DNA of 64,000 bases from Pachysolen tannophilus NRRL Y-2460 (lineage: Eukaryota): the NCBI GenBank assembly GCA_001661245.1, contig KV454017.1:425061-489060 (forward strand), given 5' to 3'. The notes beneath the pieces are model-generated. The model saw only the letters and a list, made by a program, of their open reading frames with translations, had not been told where the DNA came from and did not search any database. The stretch's first letter is position 1, and each line of letters starts with the position of its first letter. Position numbers and translations under genes: made by a program. Shown here piece by piece: positions 45,849 to 58,600 of the stretch.

Positions 45849-46352
45849 CGATTGTTAATATATATATATTTGTATAATATTAAAATAATAAAAAATTAAA
45901 AAAAAAATAAATAAAAAATATATTTTGAATACGTTGGTTAAATAAGGTCGAAAAAAAAATAAAAAATAAAAAAATGAAATGAAATGAATTGAAATGAAAT
46001 GAGTTATTTATTAACTCTATAAATCTTTATTGAACTACAATTCAATTCAATTGAATCAATGAAAAACATGAAGAAATTGAATTCATAAAAATCAAAATTT
46101 TAAAAAAAAAAAAAAAGTGAAATATCTTATCAAATTTTTTTTAGTTATATTCTATAGCCTAAACTAGTGTTTTCTTTTTAATTTAATTTTAATTTAGTTT
46201 AATTAGAATTTTTACAATTATAACGGTGGAAGAGCACACTACTGAAAAAACGATGATGGGGATTTAAGAAACTTAAATAATAATAATAATAATAATAGAT
46301 TCTAATGATATATACAAAAATGGAAATGGTTTATTTGGAAATCTATTTTCAT

Positions 46353-47108
46353 TTAGTTGGAAGTAAGTCCGAGTTCAATTAATTCTGAATGTTGTGCTGA
46401 TTTTAAATATTTTTTACATAAATTTTTTTTTATTGAATTTTTCAAATCTGATGTATTTTGTTTACCCATTTTTTGTAATATAATTTCAACTTTATTTTCA
46501 TTTTCAATTATTTCCATTAATTTTTTATCCAATTCAACTTCTTTTTGTATTTTATTTAATTCTAATTTTAAATTTTCAATTTCTTGTGATAATTTTTCAA
46601 CATTTAAATCAAATAATTTTTCCTTTGGTGGCCATGAAGTTATACCATATTTTAATTTTAATTCATTAACTTTATTTATTTCATTTTCAGAAAATGTTAT
46701 TCTTTCTGGTGAACTTAATGAAAGTTTTTGAATTTGATATAAATCTTTAATAATATCTTGTTGTGAAGTTTCTTTTCTTCTTTTTAAAAAAAAAGATGCT
46801 TTAATATTTTCTTCTTGTAAAACTTGATTTTTAGCTTCTTCTTCATATTTAGCAAATTGTTGACCTTTATTTTTCTTAATTTCAGCAACAGCAAAAAATT
46901 TCCTTGGTGATAAAGGTCTTGTTGCTTCAATACGAACTAAATCACCTTCACGACAAATTTCACCTTCATCATGAACTAAATAATCTTTCCTCTTTATCAA
47001 TTCTTTATGAATTTTTTTATTATAAGATTTTTGCTGAACTCTAACTTTTACTGTCTTCAGCATCTTGCCCTGAGATATAACAAGACCAACAAAATTTTGA
47101 CGAGCCAT
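46353..47108 (-). CDS. MRPS17: Mitochondrial ribosomal protein uS17m
   Basis: MARQNFVGLVISQGKM.KTVKVRV...YLVHDEGEICREGDLVRIEATRPLS; ATG 47108. Confidence 0.93.
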   Translation of the reverse strand: MARQNFVGLVISQGKMLKTVKVRVQQKSYNKKIHKELIKRKDYLVHDEGEICREGDLVRIEATRPLSPRKFFAVAEIKKNKGQQFAKYEEEAKNQVLQEENIKASFFLKRRKETSQQDIIKDLYQIQKLSLSSPERITFSENEINKVNELKLKYGITSWPPKEKLFDLNVEKLSQEIENLKLELNKIQKEVELDKKLMEIIENENKVEIILQKMGKQNTSDLKNSIKKNLCKKYLKSAQHSELIELGLTSN

Positions 47109-47669
47109 CTTCTGAAAACTCAATACAATCACCAAATATCAATAGACAATACCTCTATATATATATATATGATAATATTCATATATTCTTAATATGAATA
47201 TATAAAAGAAGAAAAGAAATTGAAAAATTGTTCAAACAAAGAAAATGACGGAAAACTCAACTTTTTACCCGGATTTTAAACGGTTTCAAATACAAATAAT
47301 TAATATAATATTAACCTATTTATTACTTGTATTCTTGAAAAGTTATTAAGTTAAATCAAACAATCTATATCTTTATAATAACTATTTCTATCTTTTATAA
47401 ACTGATCAGAGTTATATCCTCAAGTAAAAATAATTTAATTGTTGTTGTTAAAAAATCTTTTGTTTCATTTCAACTTTTGTGTGAGTCTTAACAAATTTTG
47501 TGAAAGAAAAAATTAAAACTTGAAAAAAAAAAAGTTTTCCATTTTTCTGTATGACAGCAGTAAAGCGGTATTATATATATATATAAAAGTTGTGATTCAT
47601 ATAGAAGGTTGAAGTTTTTTTTTTTTTTTTGATCTTTTTGATCTTTTTTGAGCTAGTTTTATTAGAGAA

Positions 47670-49148
47670 ATGGGATTTAATTTGAAAGAATTGGCAAGAC
47701 AAAACATTTTGTCGTTAACGCCGTATCATTGTGCTAGAGATGATTTTACTGAAGGTATATTATTAGATGCAAATGAAAATACTCATGGACCAGCATCAAT
47801 TGATGTGTTGACAGAAGAGGAGAAGAAGTTATCTTTGAATAGGTATCCTGATCCAAACCAGGTAGTTTTGAAGCAGCAGTTGTGTGATTTTAGAAATCAA
47901 GAAGCTTCATTACCTTCTTCAGAGATTAAAGTTATTGATGAATTAAAATTAAAACCAGAAAATTTATGTCTTGGAGTAGGTTCTGATGAAAGTATTGATG
48001 CATTGATTAGAGTTTTCTGTAAACCTGGTAGGGATAAGATGTTAGTTTGTCCTCCAACATACGGTATGTATTCGATTTGTGCAACTGTTAATGATGTTGA
48101 AGTTGTTAAATGTCCATTAGAACTTTGTAATTTCCAAATTCAACCAAAATTAATTAAAGAATTATTGACAAAAGATCCATTTATTAATTTAATTTATATT
48201 ACCACTCCTGGGAATCCTACTGCAAAGAAAATTGAATTTGATTTAATTAAGGAACTTTTAAACAATGAATCTTGGAATGGTGTTGTTATTGCAGATGAAG
48301 CCTACATTGATTTTGCTCCAGTTGGTTCTTCGTTGGCACCATTGGTCAATCAATATCCTAATTTAGTTGTTTTACAAACTTTATCAAAATCTTTTGGACT
48401 AGCTGGTATTAGACTTGGTATTACATTTGCACATGAATCCATTTCAATCTTGTTAAATTCAATGAAATATCCTTATAATATTTCTAATTTAACATCAGAT
48501 GTGGCTATTAGATCAACAACATTTGAATCAATTGCTAAGATGAGACAAAATGTTAACTTAATTTTAGAAAATAGATCATATGTTGAAAAAAAATTATTGG
48601 CTCTTGATGGAATGGGTAAAAATATTGGTGGATTGGATGCAAATTTCTTATTACTTCAAGTCTTGGATAATAATGGTAAACCATCAAACATTGTAGCACA
48701 ACTGGTTTATAATAAATTGGCAGTAGAAGAACAGGTTGTTGTGAGATTTAGAGGTAACGAATTGGGATGTACAGGATGTTTAAGAATAACTATAGGTACG
48801 AAAGAAGAAAATGAAATCTTAATTACTAAATTTAAACAAGTTTTAGAACAAGTTTTATTTAATGAATCTAAGAGAAAAATTGGTAAAATGGGGAAAACAG
48901 AAATAGGTTATTCAGATCAAAGTTATCTTCCTCAAAGCAAAATTGGTAAGACTGAATTTGGTCATAGTGATGGGAAATTAGGTAAAACTGAACTTGGTAA
49001 AACTGAACTCGGTAAAACTGAACTCGGTAAAACTGAGATTGGTAAAACTGAGATTGGCAAATCTCAAATTGGTAAAACTGAACTTGGCAAGACTGAGATT
49101 GGTAAGACCGAATTCGATAAAACTGATTCGAATCAAAAGGACAAATAA
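47670..49148 (+). CDS. HIS5: Histidinol-phosphate aminotransferase with repetitive C-terminal extension
   Basis: LLDANEN, RYPDP, GSDESID, DEAYIDF, PLP lysine in TLSKSFGLAGIRLG, CLRITIGT. Confidence 0.95.
   Translation: MGFNLKELARQNILSLTPYHCARDDFTEGILLDANENTHGPASIDVLTEEEKKLSLNRYPDPNQVVLKQQLCDFRNQEASLPSSEIKVIDELKLKPENLCLGVGSDESIDALIRVFCKPGRDKMLVCPPTYGMYSICATVNDVEVVKCPLELCNFQIQPKLIKELLTKDPFINLIYITTPGNPTAKKIEFDLIKELLNNESWNGVVIADEAYIDFAPVGSSLAPLVNQYPNLVVLQTLSKSFGLAGIRLGITFAHESISILLNSMKYPYNISNLTSDVAIRSTTFESIAKMRQNVNLILENRSYVEKKLLALDGMGKNIGGLDANFLLLQVLDNNGKPSNIVAQLVYNKLAVEEQVVVRFRGNELGCTGCLRITIGTKEENEILITKFKQVLEQVLFNESKRKIGKMGKTEIGYSDQSYLPQSKIGKTEFGHSDGKLGKTELGKTELGKTELGKTEIGKTEIGKSQIGKTELGKTEIGKTEFDKTDSNQKDK
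48981..49130 (+). repeat. 15-bp coding tandem repeat, ten units (GKTE[L/I/F])
   Basis: ggtaaaactgaactt / ggtaaaactgaactc / ggtaaaactgagatt units seen directly. Confidence 0.95.
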
Positions 49149-49412
49149 GTTCAACACAGCTACTACATAATTAATATCCATTCATTTTAAAATTTTCGTT
49201 AATATATATATTAAATATATTATAAATAGAAGCAATTTAAAGAAAAAAAATTAGCCAAATTAAAATTGAATAAACTTTAAATGCAATCGAACTCGAAATT
49301 AAAACCTTACCCCAAAAAAAAATCAAAAATAAATTAAACGTTAAATTATCTTTACAGTGCATTAATCAGAAAAATGCCAATTGCAATACCAAGAACTAAA
49401 AGATCTGCTGTA

Positions 49413-50750
49413 TTATGTTTGATCCATGAGAAATCCATCTGCATTATTTTTAATATCGTTAGCTTCAAATATTCCATGGTCTTCATCATTATCAATAACA
49501 TCATCATCACTGCTCGGTTGCAGATTTTCTGATTCTTTTGGATTAAGTATATCTGTCATGTCAAAAAATGCATCACCACCAGTAGCTTTAAATGCAGTTA
49601 TCGATATTGAACAACTATCCATTATTGAACGTTCAGTTGGTAAATTACAGAAAAATTTTCTTTCTTCTAATCTCATTGTATTGAAAGTTTTCTCTTTTAA
49701 TAAATCATGTGGATCTTGTTGTAATTGTTGTTGAAGTAAATCACAATTTAAATTATCTATGCTTAAATCATTATCTACAGAGTAAACTGAATCCAATCTA
49801 AACAAATTTGAATCTTCATCCAAATAAACAGTAGGTACAAGACCATAACTTCCAAAAGAATTTGTTTGAACAAAATTTGGATTTATACAATCAACTCTAC
49901 TTGCATCTCCAACTTGTGGGAAATTAATATTCAATCCAACACCACTTGGTAAGATTTTTGGTTTTATATTCAAATCATCTGATATATCATGTTTTTGATC
50001 CAATTCATTAAATTTTTTAAAATTATGTTGATCTATAAATTTTGATCTAGAAGTTTTAAAATCATGATATCCAAATTCTGTTGTATGATTTATTGAATAA
50101 TTTTCTAATAATTTTAATAATTCAACAATTAATTTTGAATAAATTTTAGAAGCTTTTTCAAATTTAAAAAATTTTGTTAATTTTTTTTCTTCTGTTTGGA
50201 AAAATCTATGAGTATCATCAGTGGTACTAATTGAAATTGAAGGTATTCCACGTAAAGAACAAAACTTGGCAACGCTAAAGACACCACTAGAATGTTGATC
50301 CAATGGACCTATAGTTTGACCTTCTTTTGGACCAGCAATAACTAAATCAATACTTTCATTTGAATAAAATTGTGGAATAATATAATCTAATCCAAAAATA
50401 GTTGCTCCAACAGTACTACCATCTACATACCAAATATTTTTTTCTACTGGATCTTGTCCATACATTGGACTTTGATTTTCCTTTACATAATAATCAAATT
50501 CTCCAGCAGAAGATACAACAGAAGTTTGTTGATTAATATATACATAACTTCCAATATCAGATTGATCTGTCAATGGTGCCACAAGTATAACTTGATGATT
50601 ATTTTCAATAAGTTTATTGTACAACGTTCTAACATTTGCTGAAACCCATGAATCTTCTGTTGTGAGGAAAATATTTAATGCCATTGTAGTTGGAAATAGA
50701 GTCGCCCATAATAGGACGATCATTGAATTCATAAGCCTCATCATCTGCAT
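49413..50750 (-). CDS. Secreted SurE-like phosphatase/nucleotidase homologue
   Basis: Signal peptide then NIFLTTEDSW, LVAP..DQS, WYVDG, DLVIAGP, GIPSISIS and LNINFP motifs. Confidence 0.82.
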   Translation of the reverse strand: MQMMRLMNSMIVLLWATLFPTTMALNIFLTTEDSWVSANVRTLYNKLIENNHQVILVAPLTDQSDIGSYVYINQQTSVVSSAGEFDYYVKENQSPMYGQDPVEKNIWYVDGSTVGATIFGLDYIIPQFYSNESIDLVIAGPKEGQTIGPLDQHSSGVFSVAKFCSLRGIPSISISTTDDTHRFFQTEEKKLTKFFKFEKASKIYSKLIVELLKLLENYSINHTTEFGYHDFKTSRSKFIDQHNFKKFNELDQKHDISDDLNIKPKILPSGVGLNINFPQVGDASRVDCINPNFVQTNSFGSYGLVPTVYLDEDSNLFRLDSVYSVDNDLSIDNLNCDLLQQQLQQDPHDLLKEKTFNTMRLEERKFFCNLPTERSIMDSCSISITAFKATGGDAFFDMTDILNPKESENLQPSSDDDVIDNDEDHGIFEANDIKNNADGFLMDQT

Positions 50751-51824
50751 ATTAACAATAACAATAGTGATGATGAAAACAAAACAAAAAAGTAATAAAA
50801 CCCCTTTCCATTAAAGACTGAACATCTGCTTTCACCGTTTATATATATATAAATATTTATATATACGAAGTATTAATTAAGCTTGTATATTACACCATAT
50901 AATCCACCCTTTCAAAGAGAGATTTGAATGCATCATACAAAGTCATTGAAAAAATAACGCTCGAGATGCGTAAAATTATTTAGAAAAAGATGCATAAGAA
51001 GAAAACGTGCGTTTTTTTTTAAAAAAGAAAAGAAGGTAAAAAGTAAGCAAAGGTAATCAAAAATAGATGAAAACTACAGTAACAAGAATTGGCAGAATTG
51101 GTATTTTTTCCTCTTTGAACTTTTAGCAGCAACACATGTGTTTTTCTTTTTTTTTTTTTTTATCTTTAAGTGCACATGGCGAAAAAAAAATGAAAAATTA
51201 TAATACAATAATATGTGTGTTGTAACGTTATTCCATATCTATATTTTTTTTTGTTTCTAGAAATCGCTTGGCGCACCGGGTGGAGCGCACTGGGTGGACT
51301 ATGCGGAGTGGGGACATTCTCTAAAGCCGGACATTAGATATTGGATATTGGACATTAATATATATATATATATATAATAAATAATTAGCTAAATTGAAGG
51401 ACAAATAGATTGGTAAAGAAAAAAAGGTTGATCTATTGATCTTTTGATCGTTTGATTTTAAATTCAATTAAGTAGCAATGTAGACGTTGTCTGGAAATTA
51501 GCTGTTTCGTTAACGCAATCTTACCTTTGGCAATCATACTCGCTTTTCTTATTATTATTATTATTATTATTATTAAACAGTAAAAATGAATGCCAAGTAA
51601 TACCAAGAGTTAAGGCGCTGCTTTAAATGTAGGTAAAAATAAAACCCTTATTTACTTTTATTTACTACTAAATATCTAATTTTAGCTTTTTTTTTTTGGG
51701 GTATATTATTATCTAACAATAGATTTTTTTATTTTTTGCAGTGCAAGCAAAAAAAATATATATATATATATAAAAAAAGGCGAGTAAATAGTGAAAGCCA
51801 TTGATTGATTATAATAATAATGTT

Positions 51825-53346
51825 TCAAGAATATTCGTAATCTATCTTGAGAATATTTGTTGGCTCTTTTGCGTTTGAGCTAAAATAGGTTTCTGTATTC
51901 CATAATAACATTCTTGATATAACACCAGCAAAATATTGAATACTTTCTTCTCTATCTTCTTGAGTTCTTTCTGTAAAATATGTCAAGATTGGCCAGTCAT
52001 GGACATGAGCATTATGCTTATCAACTTTTACCTTTCCAAATTTCTTCAAATTAGTAGTTAGGAAGTCAATTTCAGGTGCTAATAATTCTTCAGCACCATA
52101 TGAAATAACAATACCAAATTCAGGGAAAGCATTTTTCCACCATTCTTCATCATTACAAAGCCCTGGACTATGATAACCACAATTTTCTGGATTTTCTGAA
52201 TTTTCTTCAGAATCAAAATCAAAATCTGGAATATAATTTTTACCCCAATTATTAACTATTTTCTTGGTCAATATATCGGGACAAATTTCTAATGCATTTT
52301 GATGATTTTTCTGAATATTATCAGAAATATTGAATTTTGGAATTGGTGATATTAAAAATGCAGCTAATGGCTTTGTTAAATTGATATCACTTTCTGTTGC
52401 ATTTATCATTTCAAAATTTGGTTTTGCTAGAAATAATAAAAGGGATAAAATTAAAGTAGCACCAGTAGAATCACCAATAATAATACAATTAGATGTTGGA
52501 TTTTCTTTCAAGACATAAGACCAACCTTTAACCGTTTCTTCAAGGTGATAAGGATAAACGCCTTTTGGAATTGGTGTAAAAATTTGTATAAACACAGCTG
52601 GATTTTTGAAACCTTGTTCTTGTAAAACTACTAATAAACATTGTAAATATTCAAGATAAATATATGGTGAACCCATCATAAACCCACCTCCAGGAACATA
52701 ATACAACACAAGGTCAAATTCTTGTTTAAACCCATTGCTCTTGGAATAAATCCACATACCTCTGACGCCGTCATTAGTAGAGTTGGTTGTGTTGGTAGAA
52801 TTGGTAGAGCCAGTAGATTTGGTAGATTTGGTAGATTTTATAGAATTGTCTGAACCTGTATTATTATTATCATTTTTAATATTTTTTTTAAAACCAAAAG
52901 TAGTATCACCTAAAGATGCAAAACCTTGAGTATAAACTCTATAATAATAAAAAGCCTTATGAATTCTATCATGAAATAAAGCTGTTCCAGTATCACCTGG
53001 TTTTAAACTTTTAAGAATTTGTTTAATGGTAATATTTGCAATGTATTCAAAATTACTCGATCTTTGATTATACTTTGTCTGCCATTCAAAAGGTTTTAAA
53101 AATCTATCCAACACAACATTATAAGGTAACACAAAGACTATAGATCAAAAAGTTAGAAAATTTCCATTATTTAAAAAATATTTATCTATCTATCTATCTA
53201 TTTATCTAACGGCGGTAAAACTAACGTAAATATGTAGAATGTTGGAAAAGAAAACCAAAGAATTTAAGAAAACCAAATTGAATAATAATCGAGTGACAAA
53301 GAATGCATAAGTACACAGCTGTATCGATATAAGTGATCTCAAACAT
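51825..53346 (-). CDS. Alpha/beta hydrolase (Say1/HSL-like esterase); exon 1 53346-53226, intron 53225-53138
   Basis: YVPGGGF oxyanion motif, GDSTG nucleophile elbow, HVHDW; GTTAGT donor, TTCTAAC branch and TAG acceptor keep the frame and supply the missing ATG. Confidence 0.8.
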
Positions 53347-55699
53347 TTTTTTTTTCTAATTTTCTGGCTTTGAAAAAGGTTGAAGGATTTCAAATAAATT
53401 AAATAAAAGATGATAAATTTAATAAATAAAGTGCTAACATGAAAAAGGGATAAAAAAAATCTAACGGCGGCTAAAGCAAAAAAAAAAATCCTGCACGCAT
53501 AAAAAAAAAAAAATTTTTTAATTTTTACTTTGGGGATACAAGCCAAAAGAGTCTATATAGAAACCAAGTCAAAGAGAAAAAAAAAGACAACAACAAATGA
53601 TAAACAATAAACTTGACATACTAGTTCCATCTTTGTTGGCATACAATTGTGCAAGAAAAAAAAAAAAAGAAAATTTCATTATTTTTTTTTCTTTATCTTT
53701 GTTTTTATCTTGTATTCTACAGTAACAACAACACATAAATACCATTTCTATCATACATATCAATTTTTCTAATGGTGCGCACTGTACCCACCGCTGAAAC
53801 AGCGCAAGATAAATCTTTTTTATTTATTTTTTTTTTTGATGCTTTGAAATCGTTTATGAAAAGTCCGTCTTCCATCGCCGGCTTAGAGTGCATACATCGA
53901 AGCAGCGAAGGTTGCAAACCAAAGAAAAAAGCGACAAAGCGACAAAGCAAAAAAGCAAAAAAGGGGGTCTCAAAATGTGTTGTACTGCACTACTCTTATA
54001 ATACTAACTCTAATTAATCTATCGTTCTCATTCTGGGTAATATATAAAGACAGAAAGAAAAAAATTTTTTCTTTGTTTTACTTTTTGCCTATTAAATTAC
54101 TTAGTATACACTAAAATGGACAATTTCTTACTCATTTCTGCCCAACTGTTTGAGCGTTATGAGTTGTGAATTATTATTTGTAATTTGCGCGTTGCGCGCT
54201 GAGCGTTTCCGCTACAAATAAACGTATTCGGTGGTGCTTGTTCGACTAAGGTTTATCTAATTAGTAAAAACACATGTTCGTGCATACAACGTACAGATTT
54301 AGAGATCCAAAGTAAGTGCGCTTTTCGACTAAAAAAAAAGGGACTCCCAAACATTTATTTCTACAAACTAATTTGTGTAAGATATCTAAAAGCTTAAGCT
54401 TTAGATATCTTTTTTTTTTTTTTTTTTAGCTTTTTGTTTTGAGGCCATAGATAACTACTAGTTTTTTTTACTACTTATTATTTCTTCTCACTCTTCTTTT
54501 ATGAATATGAATTTGGCTGTACTCTAATAGAAATCTAAACTTTTTTTCTCTCTTGTTACATCTACTACTTAAGATCGCGCGCGTAAATTTTGAAAAGGAA
54601 AATTTTTAAATTTCCCAATTCGTCGATTGTCTCTCTTTTTTTTTTTTTTTTTTCCTGTTACAAAAAAGAAGTACAACAACAAATAATAATGTAATTTTGA
54701 ATCTATATCTATTAATTGATTTGAATTGTTACATAACAGCGGTTAATCAAATTTTTGGAATAAAAGAAATTTAATTAATCGGTAATCATAAAGATCCATT
54801 CACTCTTTTAGACACTCACTTAAATCTTTTCGTTAAAAGCTTTTTTAATTATTAATTTTTTATTTTTTAATTTTTTATTTTTTTTTNTTTTTTTTNNNNN
54901 NNNNNNNNNNNNNNNNNNNNNNNNNNNNNNNNNNNNNNNNNNNNNNNNNNNNNNNNNNNNNNNNNNNNNNNNNNNNNNNNNNNNNNNNNNNNNNNNNNNN
55001 NNNNNNNNNNNNNNNNNNNNNNNNNNNNNNNNNNNNNNNNNNNNNNNNNNNNNNNNNNNNNNNNNNNNNNNNNNNNNNNNNNNNNNNNNNNNNNNNNNNN
55101 NNNNNNNNNNNNNNNNNNNNNNNNNNNNNNNNNNNNNNNNNNNNNNNNNNNNNNNNNNNNNNNNNNNNNNNNNNNNNNNNNNNNNNNNNNNNNNNNNNNN
55201 NNNNNNNNNNNNNNNNNNNNNNNNNNNNNNNNNNNNNNNNNNNNNNNNNNNNNNNNNNNNNNNNNNNNNNNNNNNNNNNNNNNNNNNNNNNNNNNNNNNN
55301 NNNNNNNNNNNNNNNNNNNNNNNNNNNNNNNNNNNNNNNNNNNNNNNNNNNNNNNNNNNNNNNNNNNNNNNNNNNNNNNNNNNNNNNNNNNNNNNNNNNN
55401 NNNNNNNNNNNNNNNNNNNNNNNNNNTTTTTTTTTTTTTTTTATCCTTTTTCTATTTTTATCCCGTATCAAGAGAAATTAATCGTTACTGTTCTTTAAAT
55501 TAATCATTAAAAAAAAAAAGAAAATAGCGTTGGAATAAATACCAAGAAATTTTGTGAATAATTGTTTCATTCCGCTGACAAGCATAAAGTTTTTTTAACA
55601 GTTGAAAACAGAAATTGTTATATTATTAGTTTTCTTGTCTTGTCTTGTCTTGTCTTATTTTGTTTTGTTTTGTTTTGTCTTCAATATATCATTTGAGAG

Positions 55700-58600
55700 A
55701 TGTCACACCGGGCCCCTGCCCGAGCTTATCCGAATCAAATAAGTCCTTCACGAAATGATGGGGTCTTTGAACTGCATTCAACTCCAAATATAAATCAACA
55801 ACTGTCTCCACAACGCAGTTTCCGGAATTTATCAAATAATTCACCTTTAAAGACAAATGATTATAGTCCCAGGGCAAATGTTACTGGACATCAGCGGCAA
55901 AGGTCAAATTTATCTATGGAACAGAAAACTGATTGGAGAGCTCTTATCGCGCCAATGCCAGATTTACCTGGATCATATCCATCTTTAACTCCAAGAATGA
56001 ATAATAGAGATTTTAATAATACATCAGCTCGGCCTTCTCCGAGAATCAATAATCAAGATCAACAAAATAAAGATAAATTACAAATGACACCAGTTAAAAA
56101 TCAACAATTTATAAAATCCAGTCCAAGCACAGTAAATAATGAAAATATAAATCAACACCAAAACCAACACCAACATTCTGGATATCAAGGACAAACAACA
56201 ACAACATTAACAACATCAGCTACATCATCAACATCACCATCATATAATAAAAATCTTCAAACAACAGTGCGTATACCTCTTCCACCTCCAGTTTATAAAC
56301 AAAATGCTACAAATTCCAGAAATGAAATTATCAATAATAATATTAATAATAATAATAATAATAATCTTTCAAAAAAACCAATAAAATATTGTAAAAGTTG
56401 TGGACAGCAATTATCAGGTCAATTTGTAAGAGCACTTGGTGACGTTTACCATGTTAGTTGTTTCCGCTGTTATGAATGTGGTAAAGAATGTGCATCAAAA
56501 TTTTTTTCATCAGAAATAAAAGATCCTATAACTGGAGTGGAAGGAACCAAAATTGCTTTGTGTGAATATGATTATTTCAAAAAACTAGATTTAATATGTT
56601 ACAAATGTAATAATGCATTAAGAGGCCCTTACGTTACCGCCTTGAACCGTAAATATCATTTAGAACATTTTACTTGTTCTGTATGTGATAAAGTATTTGA
56701 AACAGATGAAAGTTTTTATGAACATGAAGAAGGTATTTATTGCCATTTTCATTTTTCTAAATTATATGCTTCACATTGTGAAGGTTGTCATTCATCAATT
56801 TTAAAACAGTTTGTTGAAGTATATAGAGGTGGTAGAGAACAACAATGGCATCCAGAATGTTATATGGTTCATAAATTCTGGAATATATCCATAACAGCAA
56901 ATTGTATTGGATTATCTTCAGCCGAAGTATCAAAATTAATGTTACCTAATGGAACTTTTAAAAATTTGGCTGAAATTGATTTGGAACCATCAATATTATT
57001 TGAAATTGAGAGAAAAATGGAAAAATCAATTGTAACCGTATGGTTAACTTTATCTGGCTTTGAAGAGTCAACTGCTGCTTGTATATCTAATATGTTACAA
57101 TATGCTACTACAGGAAATCCTTTGAAAGGACTTCTTGCTACTGGAAAATTAATACTTAAAGTTGAATGTCTATTTAATGGAATAGATGCATTACATTCAT
57201 TGGGAATTGAAAAATTACAGGATAAAGATTCAAAAATTCAAAATTTGAAAAAAGAACCAAGAAGTTTGTCTGCAAAGATAATGACTTATTTAGCTTTATT
57301 AAGAAAATCAACACAAGCTGGAATTAATGCAGATAATAAGTTTTCTCAAGATTTATTATCTTTAGTTACAGGATTAGCTCATTATTTAAAACTAATGATA
57401 CGTTATGGTCTTCATCATGCATTATTATACAATAAATCAGTTCATACGACCATCGCATCAGAGAGATTTTTTGGTAAAGTCTCTGTGCATGAAAGTGTTG
57501 CAGATGATATATTTGAACATTTGGAAGTTCCAGCAAACTCTACTGATGCATGTAGTTTTTGCGATAATAGTATCGAACAAGAATGTGTCCAGTTTAAAGA
57601 TAGAAGATGGCATTTGGATTGTTTCTTTTGTTCAAATTGCCAAAAACAATTGTCCAATTCTACAATTCAAGAGGCATCTTATATATATGATGATGATAAA
57701 ATTCTTTGTTCACAATGCTCTACTGATGATTTGAAGGGAGAAAGAGGGTTTAAAAATATTACTAAGCTATCACAATTAATTTATTTATTAAAAATTGCTC
57801 TAGTTCGCTCAAAAGTTATCATGCAGAAACAATTACAAATAGAAACTCCAGATCAACTCAGTTATGAAATTTCTGATCATAAGAATATTAATGAAACTCA
57901 AGATTCACTGGATCAAGGATATAAGCAAACACTTTCTGATATAAGGAGAATGAGATCAAAGAGGCAAGATCAGAAGTTATCAGGCTCAGTGAAACAAAAA
58001 GCCAGAAGATCAAGAATAATTGAAGCACCAGAAGGTGATTCTGTACAATCAGAGTTCATATTAGATGAGTCTACTAATGGTGGTTTAAATAAAACAAGCT
58101 CGCCGCGTCTAGGAAAAGGGGGAAATGCCAATTCACCAGAAGGAAGTAAATTAAGAGTTGAAGATGAGCCATTCAATCCTAAAAACAGCATTGTAAATCT
58201 TGATAGAACTTCTGATTTGTTAAAGAACGAAAAATCGCTAACATTAGATGATATTCCAAGAATTGTCGCTGCAGAGCAAGCTAGGGAACAACGTCCTAAT
58301 GCCTTTAGACATCATAATAGTGCTCGATCAAATTACCCAAAGCCCAAGTCTATCAAATTACGTAATAGCGTAGGAAACATTGATAAATCCAATTCCAATG
58401 GTAAATCATTACATAAAGAGAAAAAAGTATATTATTCAGAATTAAATGCAACAGAACATTTTATCTTGAGGCATATTGCAGTATTATCATTGAATGAAAT
58501 ATTGAAAAATAAGTTTAACAGAGATGAATTGCTTCTTTTGATACCAATAAAAAAGCCTTCCAATTTCTGGACAAAAATTTTTGGGTCTAAAAATCATGAT

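Noticed and set aside
47482..47599. Gcn4-like sites upstream of HIS5 (TGAGTCT, TGATTCA)
   Set aside because: Only 6/7 matches; plausible but expected by chance in AT-rich DNA
48981..49130. CRISPR-like array, or a third tail swap between HIS5 and the SurE-like gene
   Set aside because: Contiguous coding repeat without spacers in a eukaryote; neither tail is recognisable as belonging to the other gene
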